Positions 1 to 9,800 are shown, counted from the first letter of the stretch. The stretch: DNA of 32,000 nucleotides from Promethearchaeia archaeon (GCA_029856155.1 JAHQWL010000070.1:55740-87739), one strand, 5' to 3'. Translations and numbers: made by a program. The notes: generated by a model not told the origin, from the letters alone.

Positions 1-1179
1 TTTTTTTTTTGACATAATTTTATCTATGGCCATGATAAAATCTTCATAAGAAATAATTTCAGAATTTTTTCTAATAGCATACATTCCTGCTTCTGTACAA
101 ATACCTTTAATGTCAGAACCTGTTGCGCCTTGAGTACGAGCACTTAAATGCTTTATTTCAATATTTGCTTCAATATTTAAATTTTTCATATGAACTCTAA
201 AGATTGATTCTCTGGCTTTTTCATTAGGAATGGGAAATTCTACTATTCGATCAAATCGACCTGGTCTTAATAAAGCGGGATCCAATATATCTGCTCTATT
301 TGTTGCTCCTATAAATTTTATATCACCTCTTTGATCGAATCCATCTAATTCACTTAATAATTGCATTAATGTTCTATTTACTTCTCTATCACCTGAAGTA
401 TCATCTTGCATTCTAACAGCACCTATTGCGTCTAATTCATCAATAAACAAAATAGTAGGTGCTTTCTGTCTTGCTAAACTAAATATTTCTCTAACATATT
501 GCGCACCTTCCCCTATAAATTTTTGAACTAATTCTGTTGCAACCACTTTAATAAATGTTGCATTTGTTTCACGAGCAACAGCTTTAGCTAGTAATGTTTT
601 CCCCGTTCCTGGCAAACCATAAAAAAGAACGCCTTTGGGTGGTTCTATCCCAATCTTTTTGAATAATCCAGGTTTTTTCAATGGTAATTCTATTATTTCT
701 TTAACTTCTTGAATTTGATATTCTAAACCCCCTATATCATCATAGGACACGTCAATTGGACTATCTATTATTTCCATCCCCCTAACAAATGGGCTAAAAT
801 TGGAAGGTAATATTTCCATTATAGCATAGTTTCTTTGATTTAAGGCAACTTGTAAACCAGGTACTAGCTTCTCTTTTTGCAATCTATTGCTAATTCTAAC
901 AATAAAACTAGCGCTAGGTGAACTATCTACAATAGCACGGTCATTATTATCATCTAACATATCAGTTATACATCCCGATATTAATGGAAGTTCACTTAAC
1001 CGTCCAATTTCTTCACGTAAACTTTTTACTTCAAATTCCGCTTTTTTTACTCCGTTATTTAGTAAATTTATTACGATTTTAATATCCTCTATTTTTTTTT
1101 CAAGATGGCGTATATAGGAAGAAATTTTTTCGACATTCTCTGGATCTTTTTTACCATTTTCAATTTCTGTAGAGGTCAT
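1..1179 (-). CDS. pan: Proteasome-activating nucleotidase (PAN / Rpt-like AAA+ ATPase); C-terminal end cut by window edge
   Basis: Absent from the ORF track because it runs off the window. My minus-strand translation from ATG 1179-1177 gives MTSTEIENGKKDPENVEKISSYIRHLEKKIEDIK... (coiled coil). It continues with an OB-like segment (AIVDSSPSASFIVRISNRL...LVPGLQVALNQRNYAIMEILP), Walker A PPKGVLFYGLPGTGKTLLAKAVA (about 560-650), Walker B ILFIDELD and LRPGRFDR. The frame stays open to position 1 with no stop. Confidence 0.9.
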   Translation of the reverse strand, partial: MTSTEIENGKKDPENVEKISSYIRHLEKKIEDIKIVINLLNNGVKKAEFEVKSLREEIGRLSELPLISGCITDMLDDNNDRAIVDSSPSASFIVRISNRLQKEKLVPGLQVALNQRNYAIMEILPSNFSPFVRGMEIIDSPIDVSYDDIGGLEYQIQEVKEIIELPLKKPGLFKKIGIEPPKGVLFYGLPGTGKTLLAKAVARETNATFIKVVATELVQKFIGEGAQYVREIFSLARQKAPTILFIDELDAIGAVRMQDDTSGDREVNRTLMQLLSELDGFDQRGDIKFIGATNRADILDPALLRPGRFDRIVEFPIPNEKARESIFRVHMKNLNIEANIEIKHLSARTQGATGSDIKGICTEAGMYAIRKNSEIISYEDFIMAIDKIMSKKK

Positions 1180-1217
1180 TTTATTATAGGTATTTGATAT
1201 TAGAATTATAATTAAGT

Positions 1218-3146
1218 TTATCCAATTCTTTTCACTGCGACTTCTAAAATCTTATTTATCATTTCCTTATATGGAATATTAGCAAAATTACACATTTTTG
1301 CTAAATGACCATCCCAACACCAACCGGGATTAGGATTTACTTCTAAAAGCTTTGGATTTCCTTTCGCATCCAAACGCCAATCAAATCTAGCATAATCTTG
1401 ACATTCTAATCGTTCAAATAATTTGAGAGAATAATTTTCAATAATTTCTATTATATTTTGAGGAAGATTTGCTGGAATTGATTTAATATTCCAATAAGGA
1501 GAATCTGGTAGCCATTTTGCTTCATACCCACAAATTTTTGGTAATTCAGCAGGCAAATTTGAATAATCTTCTTCAATTATTGGAAGAATTATAAAATTAT
1601 CTGGTTTATTTCCGATAATTCCAATTGTGAGATCCTTACCAGTAAGAAACTGTTCAACTAAAACTGGTTTATCATAACCAAAATTTTCACGAATCTCTGA
1701 AATTGCATTTAATAATTCCTCTCCGTTTTTAACTACACTTCTCTGAGTAATTCCAAAACTCGAGTCCCCAAAATTTGGTTTTACAATTGCAGGGAAATAT
1801 AAAGGCAAATCTATTATTTTTTCTTCTGGTTTAATGAAAATAGCTTCAGGAACGGGAATCTCTAATTCTTTTGCAATACCTCTTACTAAGGATTTATCAT
1901 AACAAAAGGCTAGACATTGAGGTCCAGATCCGGTATATGGAATTTTTAGAATTTCTAATAAAGCGGGTATATGCAACTCCTTCCTAGCATCGTTGTAATA
2001 ACCTTCATCGCACAAATTAAAAACAAAATCAATCTTTCCTTTCAAATTAAGTAAATCTTGAACAAGAGTGCTGTGATTATCTAAAAATGAAAAATTATAT
2101 TCATTAAGGTCCTTTATTGCTGTTTTTAATTGAAATATAGTAAAGAAATCATCATCATCGAATTTATTTAAGGGTTTAAGTAAATCGGGTCTATGGGGGT
2201 CTCCAAAAATAACAACAGTATTTCTTTTCGCCTTTTTTTCTTTCTTTTTAACCTCTGTCCATTCTTTTTTAACAATAGCACTAACGATAATCCTTTTCTC
2301 CATCATACCTAAATCTTGGTCTCTTGCAGATTCAGGCGTAATTGATCCATGGAATACTACATCACTAAACCCTACATTTTCTAATAACTCTGAAATCCCT
2401 CTTTTTGAGTATAATCTTTCTGCATAGAACTGATCCACTAATACCCCTTTATTAACATGGGTTATTACTTCCCGTGCAATCAATTTTTGTTTGTCAAAAG
2501 ATAAAGATCTCTCTCGACAAACGAAAAGATTCTTATCAATCCATTCCCATGAACGTGGTTGATAATTATACTTGATGTATTCACCATCAGTTATATCTAT
2601 TAATATTTTTCCCCAAGGTTTTAAAACACGGAAAACTTCTTTTAATACCAGAAGATCATCATTGATTGATTCAAAATATCCAAAGCTATTACCTAAAATC
2701 ATAACAAAATCAAATGTATCAGGAGCATATGGTAGTTTTCTTGCATCACCTTCACGAAATTTGCATGAAACCCCACTTTTTTTAGCGTTTGCTTTAGCTT
2801 TTTGAATTAGAAATCTTGAACGATCTAACCCATATATATTTTTAAAATTATTATCAGCAAGCTCAATAGAATGTCTTCCTTGTCCACAACATAGATCAAG
2901 AATCTGATGATCTGGCTGGAAATTCATTATTTTCAAAAAATATTTCACTTCAAATTCAGTAATTTTATGATCTTCTACTACATCACTATCTGTTTTTAGA
3001 TAATATGCATTGAATATCCTTTTCCACCAATCCTTTTTGACATATTCTTCTAAGTCAAGAACAGGACCAAGACATTTGGATGAATTTTTTTCTTTACTTT
3101 CAAAATTTCTTTTTTTATTATTTATGTTTTCTGTTTGAGATGCCAT
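1218..3146 (-). CDS. Fusion protein: N-terminal class I SAM-dependent methyltransferase plus C-terminal D-Ala-D-Ala-ligase-like ATP-grasp domain
   Basis: 642-aa ORF. The N-terminal half has SAM-binding motif I ILDLCCGQGRHSIELA and a post-I acidic residue (IYGLDRS). The C-terminal half has Ddl/ATP-grasp features (VVIFGDPH..., IVKPNFGDSSFGI, LLEVNPNPGW). Confidence 0.75.
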   Translation of the reverse strand: MASQTENINNKKRNFESKEKNSSKCLGPVLDLEEYVKKDWWKRIFNAYYLKTDSDVVEDHKITEFEVKYFLKIMNFQPDHQILDLCCGQGRHSIELADNNFKNIYGLDRSRFLIQKAKANAKKSGVSCKFREGDARKLPYAPDTFDFVMILGNSFGYFESINDDLLVLKEVFRVLKPWGKILIDITDGEYIKYNYQPRSWEWIDKNLFVCRERSLSFDKQKLIAREVITHVNKGVLVDQFYAERLYSKRGISELLENVGFSDVVFHGSITPESARDQDLGMMEKRIIVSAIVKKEWTEVKKKEKKAKRNTVVIFGDPHRPDLLKPLNKFDDDDFFTIFQLKTAIKDLNEYNFSFLDNHSTLVQDLLNLKGKIDFVFNLCDEGYYNDARKELHIPALLEILKIPYTGSGPQCLAFCYDKSLVRGIAKELEIPVPEAIFIKPEEKIIDLPLYFPAIVKPNFGDSSFGITQRSVVKNGEELLNAISEIRENFGYDKPVLVEQFLTGKDLTIGIIGNKPDNFIILPIIEEDYSNLPAELPKICGYEAKWLPDSPYWNIKSIPANLPQNIIEIIENYSLKLFERLECQDYARFDWRLDAKGNPKLLEVNPNPGWCWDGHLAKMCNFANIPYKEMINKILEVAVKRIG

Positions 3147-4174
3147 TATCGTTTTATAATTAATATTTTAATTTTGATAAAATTGGAGTAAAATAAAGAC
3201 TTTTTACATTGAATGAAGTTTTTAAGAATTTTATATTATTACTAAAAAGTTTTACACAGAGATTAATCCATCTTAAATTCTCAATTATAATATAATATAT
3301 CATCTATTATTTAATCGAATACCCTTAATATGTTATTTAGATTTAATTTTACTTCATTCTATTGAAAATTTATATTTGAAGTTAAATATAAATAATCTTA
3401 TTTAAAAACTTTTCCTTTAAATTTTTACACTCCAAGACAAATTTTATTTAGATTAGATATCTTGGAATTAATAAAAAAATTGTTCAATCTTAGATATAGG
3501 ATACTAACTTAATCTAATGAGATAAATGTGAGTTTAATTTAACACCTTCTCCTCTTTTTATATGCATTTTGGAATATTAGGTAATTTCTAATAATTATTA
3601 TTTATTTGCGTCCTAAAGGGGTTATTTTTTACAATTGATGGATTTAAATATTAAATTTTTAGAACCTAATCAAGTATTAAATTCCATTTTTAATTAAAGT
3701 AAAAAGTATTACTTTATGTATAATAAAAATTAACTGTTATAATTAATAAAAGTACCCATAATGAGTTTTGAATCGTATGCAATTTCGATTAATCTTCTTT
3801 ATTTTAATTATTGTTATTAAAATTAAAAAACTTTTAATATTGAATAAGTCTTTAATCGTAATTGAAAATATATCATTATTTTAATCTATTATAAATAATA
3901 AAAAAAGAGGTCTAAATCGTGAATACAAAACGAAAATTTGAAAAAAAAAATTCGTGGAAGATGATGATTGGGATGAGGACGTAGAATATGATGATGATAC
4001 AGACTGGGATGAAGACTGGGAAGATTATGATGACTTAAAAGAAGACTTTTTCTAATTGACTTTAGAATGATATTACACCTAATTCGATTAATCCATCCCT
4101 TACAAAATGTTTAATTGATCTAATTTTTTTAATAAATGATTTAATACTCTAAAATATTAAATTTAAATAACAAC

Positions 4175-4834
4175 ATGGAAAAACAAACTAATTTAGCAAT
4201 TCTAATATTAATCGGTGGAAAGAGTACTCGTTTTGGGACCGAAAAAGCGATTGTAGAGATATATGGTAAACCTTTAATCTTACATCAATTAGAGATTTTG
4301 GCTCAAATTGATCAAGATATCTATTTGGTCGCTCATTCTGAAGAGCAAATATATAGCTATCGAAAACAAATAGATTTTCCAAAAGATACTAATTTTATAG
4401 TAGATGATAGGGAAATTTTTGAACATCCCAAAATTTTCAAACCAATGTTAGGCATATATTCTGGATTTAAAGAATTGAATAGATTAGGATTTGAAAAAGC
4501 ATTTGTACTATCTTGCGATATGCCTCTCATTAATCCCGATATAATTAATTTAATGATAAATGAATCCAAGGAATTTGAATGTTGTATTCCAAGATGGAGT
4601 AATGGCTTCTTAGAGTTATTTTTTGCTATATATCCGGTCGGGAAAGGATATCTAAAAGCAAAACAAATTCTGTTAACTGAAAATTATGGGTTAATAAATT
4701 TTATTGACAAGAATTGGAAAATAAAATATGTGTCCGTAGAAAATACTATTCGACCTTTTGATAAAAATTTATCAAGTTTAATAAACATTAACGGACCAAT
4801 AGATTTGGATAAATTAATAAAATTAAATAAATAA
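4175..4834 (+). CDS. mobA: Molybdenum cofactor guanylyltransferase (MobA-like nucleotidyltransferase)
   Basis: 219-aa ORF with N-terminal LILIGGKSTRFGTEKAIVEIYGKPL (GGxSxRxG...K motif), PMLGIYSG, VLSCDMPLINPDII and a C-terminal ININGPIDL. These match the conserved MobA blocks as I recall them. Confidence 0.75.
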   Translation: MEKQTNLAILILIGGKSTRFGTEKAIVEIYGKPLILHQLEILAQIDQDIYLVAHSEEQIYSYRKQIDFPKDTNFIVDDREIFEHPKIFKPMLGIYSGFKELNRLGFEKAFVLSCDMPLINPDIINLMINESKEFECCIPRWSNGFLELFFAIYPVGKGYLKAKQILLTENYGLINFIDKNWKIKYVSVENTIRPFDKNLSSLININGPIDLDKLIKLNK

Positions 4835-4876
4835 AAATTTAATTCATAAAAAAAAATTTAAACCTGTGATAGTATA

Positions 4877-5245
4877 ATGACCGGAAATGACACTAAATAC
4901 AATAAATTGGAAAATAATGTATTTTATATAAAAGAGGATTTTAAGAAAAAAGGAAAGGAATATGGCATAGTGAAATTAAATAAAAGACAATTTAATGCAC
5001 TAGTAGAATGTATAGATTTACAATCGGTAGCTCCATTAGTTTCTCCAAGATTTAGTCAGAGAATAGAACATTTTCTAATACCTCGAATTGATGAAATAAG
5101 TAGAATACTATATGCATTAAAACCATTTCCTGATGAGTTGGGAATTGAAATGTCAAAAGAAAATTGTAACGATATTCTTAAAGGACTTAAACTTGGTATT
5201 GTTAGTAGTGGGTTAAAAACAGAGGTTATTCCGCGGAGGAATTAA
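4877..5245 (+). CDS. Hypothetical protein (122 aa)
   Basis: Intact ORF in the gap between mobA and tfb with no overlapping better ORF. I recognise no motif. Confidence 0.4.
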   Translation: MTGNDTKYNKLENNVFYIKEDFKKKGKEYGIVKLNKRQFNALVECIDLQSVAPLVSPRFSQRIEHFLIPRIDEISRILYALKPFPDELGIEMSKENCNDILKGLKLGIVSSGLKTEVIPRRN

Positions 5246-5556
5246 ATACAACACTCAAAAAAATCAAATTTCATAAGTAAAATAAGTTATCTAGACTTTC
5301 AAAATTTTTATTTTCAATTCAAATCTTTATCATCAAATAATTTAAATATTTCTTATCTACACAACAAAAATAACTAGGCTATAATAGAACTCTAAAATTT
5401 CTAGCATATCAATAAACGAAGTTATTTAAATTTATATTTCAATATTTCTAAAAAATTAAAATAATAGATAAGTTTATTAAGCTGATACTCTAATTAGAAT
5501 ATTCAACGGAGTAATGTATTTTATTCAATTAAAATCAGTAAAAAGTGATATTGTAA

Positions 5557-6474
5557 ATGAAAAGTTATAGAGAACAATTGAACCCTAGAGAAAAATCAGA
5601 GGATAAATGCTGCGAAGACCAGTGTATAGTTCTTAAAGGAGGTAATAAAGTTTGTTTGAATTGTGGTATGGTATTAGATGTTCATTTGGTCGATAATGGA
5701 AGAAGGGCTTATAATAATGAAGAAATGGTAAAAAGAAAACAAAATGAACCTAGATGGAGAGAATTTGGTTCGAGAACAGTGCTTCCTAATCACAAAATAG
5801 ACTACAAAGGAAATTATTTAAATGCTGAAAAGAAGACTTTATTTTTACGTTTATCTAAAATTCAAAATTCTTTAATTTCAAGCATAGAAAGAAATTTTTG
5901 GGAAGCAAAACCAAAAATGAAACAAATTACTTCAAAATTAAATATTCCTGAATATATTCATGAAACAGCATGGAAAATTTACACTCTCACAGCAAAAAAA
6001 AAATTAACAATGGGGCGCTCAATTGAGGGATTTATAGCTGCTTCTTTATATGTTGCTGTTAGAGTCCATGAATTTCCAAAAGTATTAGAAGAAATTAGTG
6101 ATGCTGCTATGATTCCCCGAAAATCTATAATACATTCATTAGGTTTACTTCTTAAAGAAGTTTTACCCGAATTAAACCTTAGTTATAAGCCAATTAGTGT
6201 TAAACAGTTGATAATTAAATTTGGAAATGAATTAGGACTTCCAATAGAAACCCAGAAGAACGCTTTATATTTAGTTTCTATCACATCTAAGATGGGACTT
6301 GCTTTAATAGGTAAAGACCCAAAAGGACTTGCTGCTTCAGCTATTTACTTAGCAGTAAAATCAACAGATAAAAGGATGACTCAAACTGAAATTGCTAAAG
6401 CTGCTAAAATAACAGAAGTTACATTAAGATCACGAATAAAAGATTTTAAAAGCAAGCTTGCATTAGTGGAGTAA
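5557..6474 (+). CDS. tfb: Transcription initiation factor IIB (archaeal TFB)
   Basis: 305-aa ORF. N-terminal Zn-ribbon cysteines (CCEDQC...VCLNCG) are followed by two cyclin-fold repeats (GRSIEGFIAASLYVAVRVHEFPKVLEEIS; GKDPKGLAASAIYLAVKSTDKRMTQTEIAKAAKITEVTLRSR), typical of TFB/TFIIB. Confidence 0.9.
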   Translation: MKSYREQLNPREKSEDKCCEDQCIVLKGGNKVCLNCGMVLDVHLVDNGRRAYNNEEMVKRKQNEPRWREFGSRTVLPNHKIDYKGNYLNAEKKTLFLRLSKIQNSLISSIERNFWEAKPKMKQITSKLNIPEYIHETAWKIYTLTAKKKLTMGRSIEGFIAASLYVAVRVHEFPKVLEEISDAAMIPRKSIIHSLGLLLKEVLPELNLSYKPISVKQLIIKFGNELGLPIETQKNALYLVSITSKMGLALIGKDPKGLAASAIYLAVKSTDKRMTQTEIAKAAKITEVTLRSRIKDFKSKLALVE

Positions 6475-6581
6475 TCCAATAACTCTAAATTTAAAAATTT
6501 TTATGGACTTATTTTGTTAAAAATGAGATAACCGCTTAATTTTTTAAAAATTAAAATATAATAATGAAATCGGTTAAATAG

Positions 6582-7168
6582 ATGACTCTTTTTATTGCCT
6601 TAATGGAAAATCCATTTTTTTCTCTTATTATTTTACCTCTATTGATTCTTATAGCTCGGGTTTTTGATGTAACACTTGGAACTTTAAGAATCGTGTTTAT
6701 ATCTCAAGGTAGACGCAAATTAGCTCCAATTGTTGGTTTTTTTGAAATATTCATTTGGCTATTAGCAATGGGACAAATTTTCAGTAATTTAACGAATTTT
6801 ATATATTACTTTGCATACGCTGGAGGATTTGCAATAGGCAACTATGTTGGATTAATAGTTGAAGATAAAATATCTTTAGGTTTATTAAGTTTACAATTAA
6901 TCATTAGAGATAATCCCGATAATTTAATTGGACTATTAAAAGAAAATGGTTATAGTTTAACTACAATGTCTGCTGAGGGCCAAGAGGTATAGTTAAATTA
7001 GTATTATTAATTATTAAACGCAAAAATCTACCAAAAATCCTAGAATTTATACGACAGAATAATCCAAAAGCATTTATATCAATTGAACAAGTAAAATCTG
7101 TGAGAGGGGGTAATTTTCCTTCACATTCAAAAACTAGATGGGAACTTTTTAGTAGAAGAAAGAAATAA
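6582..7168 (+). pseudogene. UPF0316/DUF2179-type small membrane protein, interrupted by a 1-nt frameshift (or assembly indel)
   Basis: ORF 6582-6992 (TM-rich, ...ARVFDVTLGTLRIVFISQGRRKLAPIVGFFE...) stops at TAG 6990-6992. The -1 frame continues from 6977 as GPRGIVKLVLLIIKRKNLPKILEFIRQNNPKAFISIEQVKSVRGG...RRKK, stop 7166-7168. That is the expected C-terminal soluble domain of this family. The shift must lie within 6977-6989 (gagggccaagaggt). Confidence 0.7.
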
Positions 7169-7424
7169 TAATTCTAATTTAAAAGAGGGAGCAACTTTTT
7201 CTTTTTAAATTAAAATTATATTAGGATTTGCTATTAAAAATTATTTAATATCTAAAAATGAAAAGATATAGAAATTGATATTAATAAATTTAATTTATTA
7301 TCATCTTTAACTTATAAATAAGAAGAATTTGATAATTTTAATGCTTATAGTGTTAATAAATTAATTCCAGAATCAATAAAAAAAATAGTAATTGTTAATT
7401 TACTTGACAAATATCATTAAATAA

Positions 7425-9722
7425 ATGATTGTTGAGGAATTTAAATTTTCAGAAAAAAAAATTCCAATTGAACGAAGAGAAGAAATTAGCTCTTCTTATA
7501 AAATCAAATCTTATGAAAGAAAAATAAGATACATGGAAGAGAGAAAAATTCCTCAGAAAGATATTAAAGATGTTCTTGCTCATTTTTTCAATATTAATAA
7601 AAACATCTCGAGAAAAACGAAAGACTCAATATCTAAAATAATATTTTCCCAAAAAGATAGAATTTTAATAATAATTACCCCTTCTGGGAAAGATATTATT
7701 CTAAATAGAGAAAGATTAATTAAAGATTATGGATGGTTCTTTTTCATAGAAATGCCAGAAAAAGAAGAAAAAGTATTAAAAAAGAAGAAGCCTAAAAAAG
7801 AAAAGGAAAGAATGGAAGAAAAAACCATAAGTACAGAAGAATTTCGCTTTGAAGAAGTAATACTTCCTCTAAAACAAAAGGAAAATATGAGAGCATTATA
7901 TAGAACAAAAGAATATAATCATTACCTAAAAATAATTAAATCCAAAGAATTACCTCAAATTCCTATAAAAGACGTACTTCATGATTTTTTTTTTAAAGAT
8001 GCGCTCGTTCCAGTTGAAGAAAAAAAAGGAATTCGAAAGATCATCTATTACCAAAAAGAAAAAGTCATAGTCATTAAATCATTAATAGGTGATGAAATGT
8101 ATGAAAACTTGGAGAACTTAGTTAAAAAATATGGATGGTATTTTTACATAACTGGAGTCCCTGTAGGAAAAAGTGAACTTTGCATTGCAATAGATAAAAT
8201 AGAAAAAAAATTTGATGCCGAATACTTTTCTAATATCTCTCTTAAAAATGATAATGATAAAGATATTAGAGTAACTATTTACCCTATTGTTCTTAAACCG
8301 AATCATAATTGTCACATTTTAGGATTAGGTAATCTCAATATATTATTAGATTGTGGTCTTTCAGAGAAAGATGAAATAAATGAAATTGAAGGGGATCTAC
8401 GGCATATAGAAGATTATCTTCAGAATTTACCGCGATATCTTTTAGAAGAAGAAAAATTTAGAAAAAATATTACAACAGATGATCAAGATGATTTAATTTT
8501 AGAAAAAATCTCAAAAAATCCTAAAATAGATGCTATATTTATATCACATAGTCATTATGATCATGTTTCTGGGCTGAAAGAATTAAACAAATTATATCCG
8601 GAAGTACCTATTTTCTGCTCTAGAATTACTCTTGATTTATATCTCCTTAGGGATTCAAACTTCTTAAAACAAGAGAATCACGATGAAATTGAACAAGATG
8701 AATACCGAAATATAGTCAGAAATGTAATTTATGTTGAAAATGGTACTAAAATCAACTTTAAAGAAAAAAACTCTTTTCTTTCATTTTTCCATGCGGGTCA
8801 TATGCCCGGTGCTTTGATGATGTTAGCAAAAACAGACGATTTTAAATTTCTATATACTGGGGATTATACTTACATTGATATCACTCCATTTGCAGGCACA
8901 AGACGGTTCTTAGAACAGATATCTCACCCTATAGACTATTTACTTATCGATGGTACCGCTGCTCAAGAAGATTTTGGAAATATATCTGATCAATTTCATA
9001 GTTTAATCTTATTTTTAGAGCAAAAGGCAGAATATGGAGATAACTCTCTAATTGGGGCCGATCCATCAAGTTTAGCTATAAGCTTTATGTTAATCTTTTG
9101 GAGATATTTTAGAAAACTTCAATTAAGGCGTGGTTTCGAGAAACGACCTAATATTTACGTAGATATGATGGTGAGGAAAAATATACAAGTTATAAACCAT
9201 CGCTATGAATATATCTATGGTCCGATTTCAAGATTAATTAGAGACAAGGCAAATCCCTTCAACAGTATAAAATTTAGATGGTTTGATCACCCTAATTTAG
9301 ACTTTTTACGTAAAAAAAACAACATTATTATTTCTCATCCACCAGACCTTTCTTACGGATTAATAAGAAATATTATTAATATAATAGGCCGTAGTCCTCA
9401 CAATTTTGTTTTTCTCGCAGGTTCTATTCATGAATCTCCTGGTGCAGAATTGATCGGAGGTGCTAATGAAATTCAGTTCTCCGAGACATGGAAAATGCCA
9501 TTTCGAGCATTTTTACTTAATACTTTTGCTCCTCACATTAAAATAAAACTGCATGCCGATAAAAATCAATTGAGAGAAATGATAAAAAATTTAGAACCAA
9601 AAGAGGTATGTTTTTTCCACCAATCTGCTAAAAATTTAACAGATGTAGTGGAATATGTAAAAGAATTAGGAGTTGAAAAAGTTTCATTGCCCATAAAAAG
9701 AAAACTCTTAGTATTGAATTAA
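7425..9722 (+). CDS. Metallo-beta-lactamase fold / beta-CASP-type nuclease with duplicated N-terminal domain
   Basis: 765-aa ORF. MBL motifs: LLDCGLS, FISHSHYDHVSGL (HxHxDH), FFHAGHMPGA, YTGDYTY. Beta-CASP-like motifs: LLIDGTAA and a C-terminal VCFFHQS. The N-terminal roughly 245 aa are two copies of a roughly 115-aa module. Confidence 0.75.
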   Translation: MIVEEFKFSEKKIPIERREEISSSYKIKSYERKIRYMEERKIPQKDIKDVLAHFFNINKNISRKTKDSISKIIFSQKDRILIIITPSGKDIILNRERLIKDYGWFFFIEMPEKEEKVLKKKKPKKEKERMEEKTISTEEFRFEEVILPLKQKENMRALYRTKEYNHYLKIIKSKELPQIPIKDVLHDFFFKDALVPVEEKKGIRKIIYYQKEKVIVIKSLIGDEMYENLENLVKKYGWYFYITGVPVGKSELCIAIDKIEKKFDAEYFSNISLKNDNDKDIRVTIYPIVLKPNHNCHILGLGNLNILLDCGLSEKDEINEIEGDLRHIEDYLQNLPRYLLEEEKFRKNITTDDQDDLILEKISKNPKIDAIFISHSHYDHVSGLKELNKLYPEVPIFCSRITLDLYLLRDSNFLKQENHDEIEQDEYRNIVRNVIYVENGTKINFKEKNSFLSFFHAGHMPGALMMLAKTDDFKFLYTGDYTYIDITPFAGTRRFLEQISHPIDYLLIDGTAAQEDFGNISDQFHSLILFLEQKAEYGDNSLIGADPSSLAISFMLIFWRYFRKLQLRRGFEKRPNIYVDMMVRKNIQVINHRYEYIYGPISRLIRDKANPFNSIKFRWFDHPNLDFLRKKNNIIISHPPDLSYGLIRNIINIIGRSPHNFVFLAGSIHESPGAELIGGANEIQFSETWKMPFRAFLLNTFAPHIKIKLHADKNQLREMIKNLEPKEVCFFHQSAKNLTDVVEYVKELGVEKVSLPIKRKLLVLN

Positions 9723-9800
9723 TGAGTATAATTTATGAGAAATAAACCATAAATCTTTAAGATAATAAATTCTTATTTTTCATAGAATTACATATATACT

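Noticed and set aside
887-1117. 76-aa plus-strand ORF from the track
   Set aside because: It lies entirely antisense to the PAN coding sequence, which has unmistakable AAA+ motifs. Its product is low-complexity, so I treat it as a shadow ORF.
2572-2805. 77-aa plus-strand ORF
   Set aside because: It is antisense inside the methyltransferase/ATP-grasp gene and has no motifs.
3147-3918. Long AT-rich gap as a replication origin
   Set aside because: I found no ORB-type inverted repeats and no adjacent orc1/cdc6 gene. The recurring TTTTACA heptamer is too weak in this base composition. The gap is kept only as a low-interest finding.
4188-4569. Two minus-strand ORFs (4188-4382, 4357-4569)
   Set aside because: Both are antisense within the mobA-like CDS, which carries the conserved MobA blocks.
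8118-8315. 65-aa minus-strand ORF
   Set aside because: It is antisense inside the beta-CASP nuclease gene. This is an AT-rich shadow frame.
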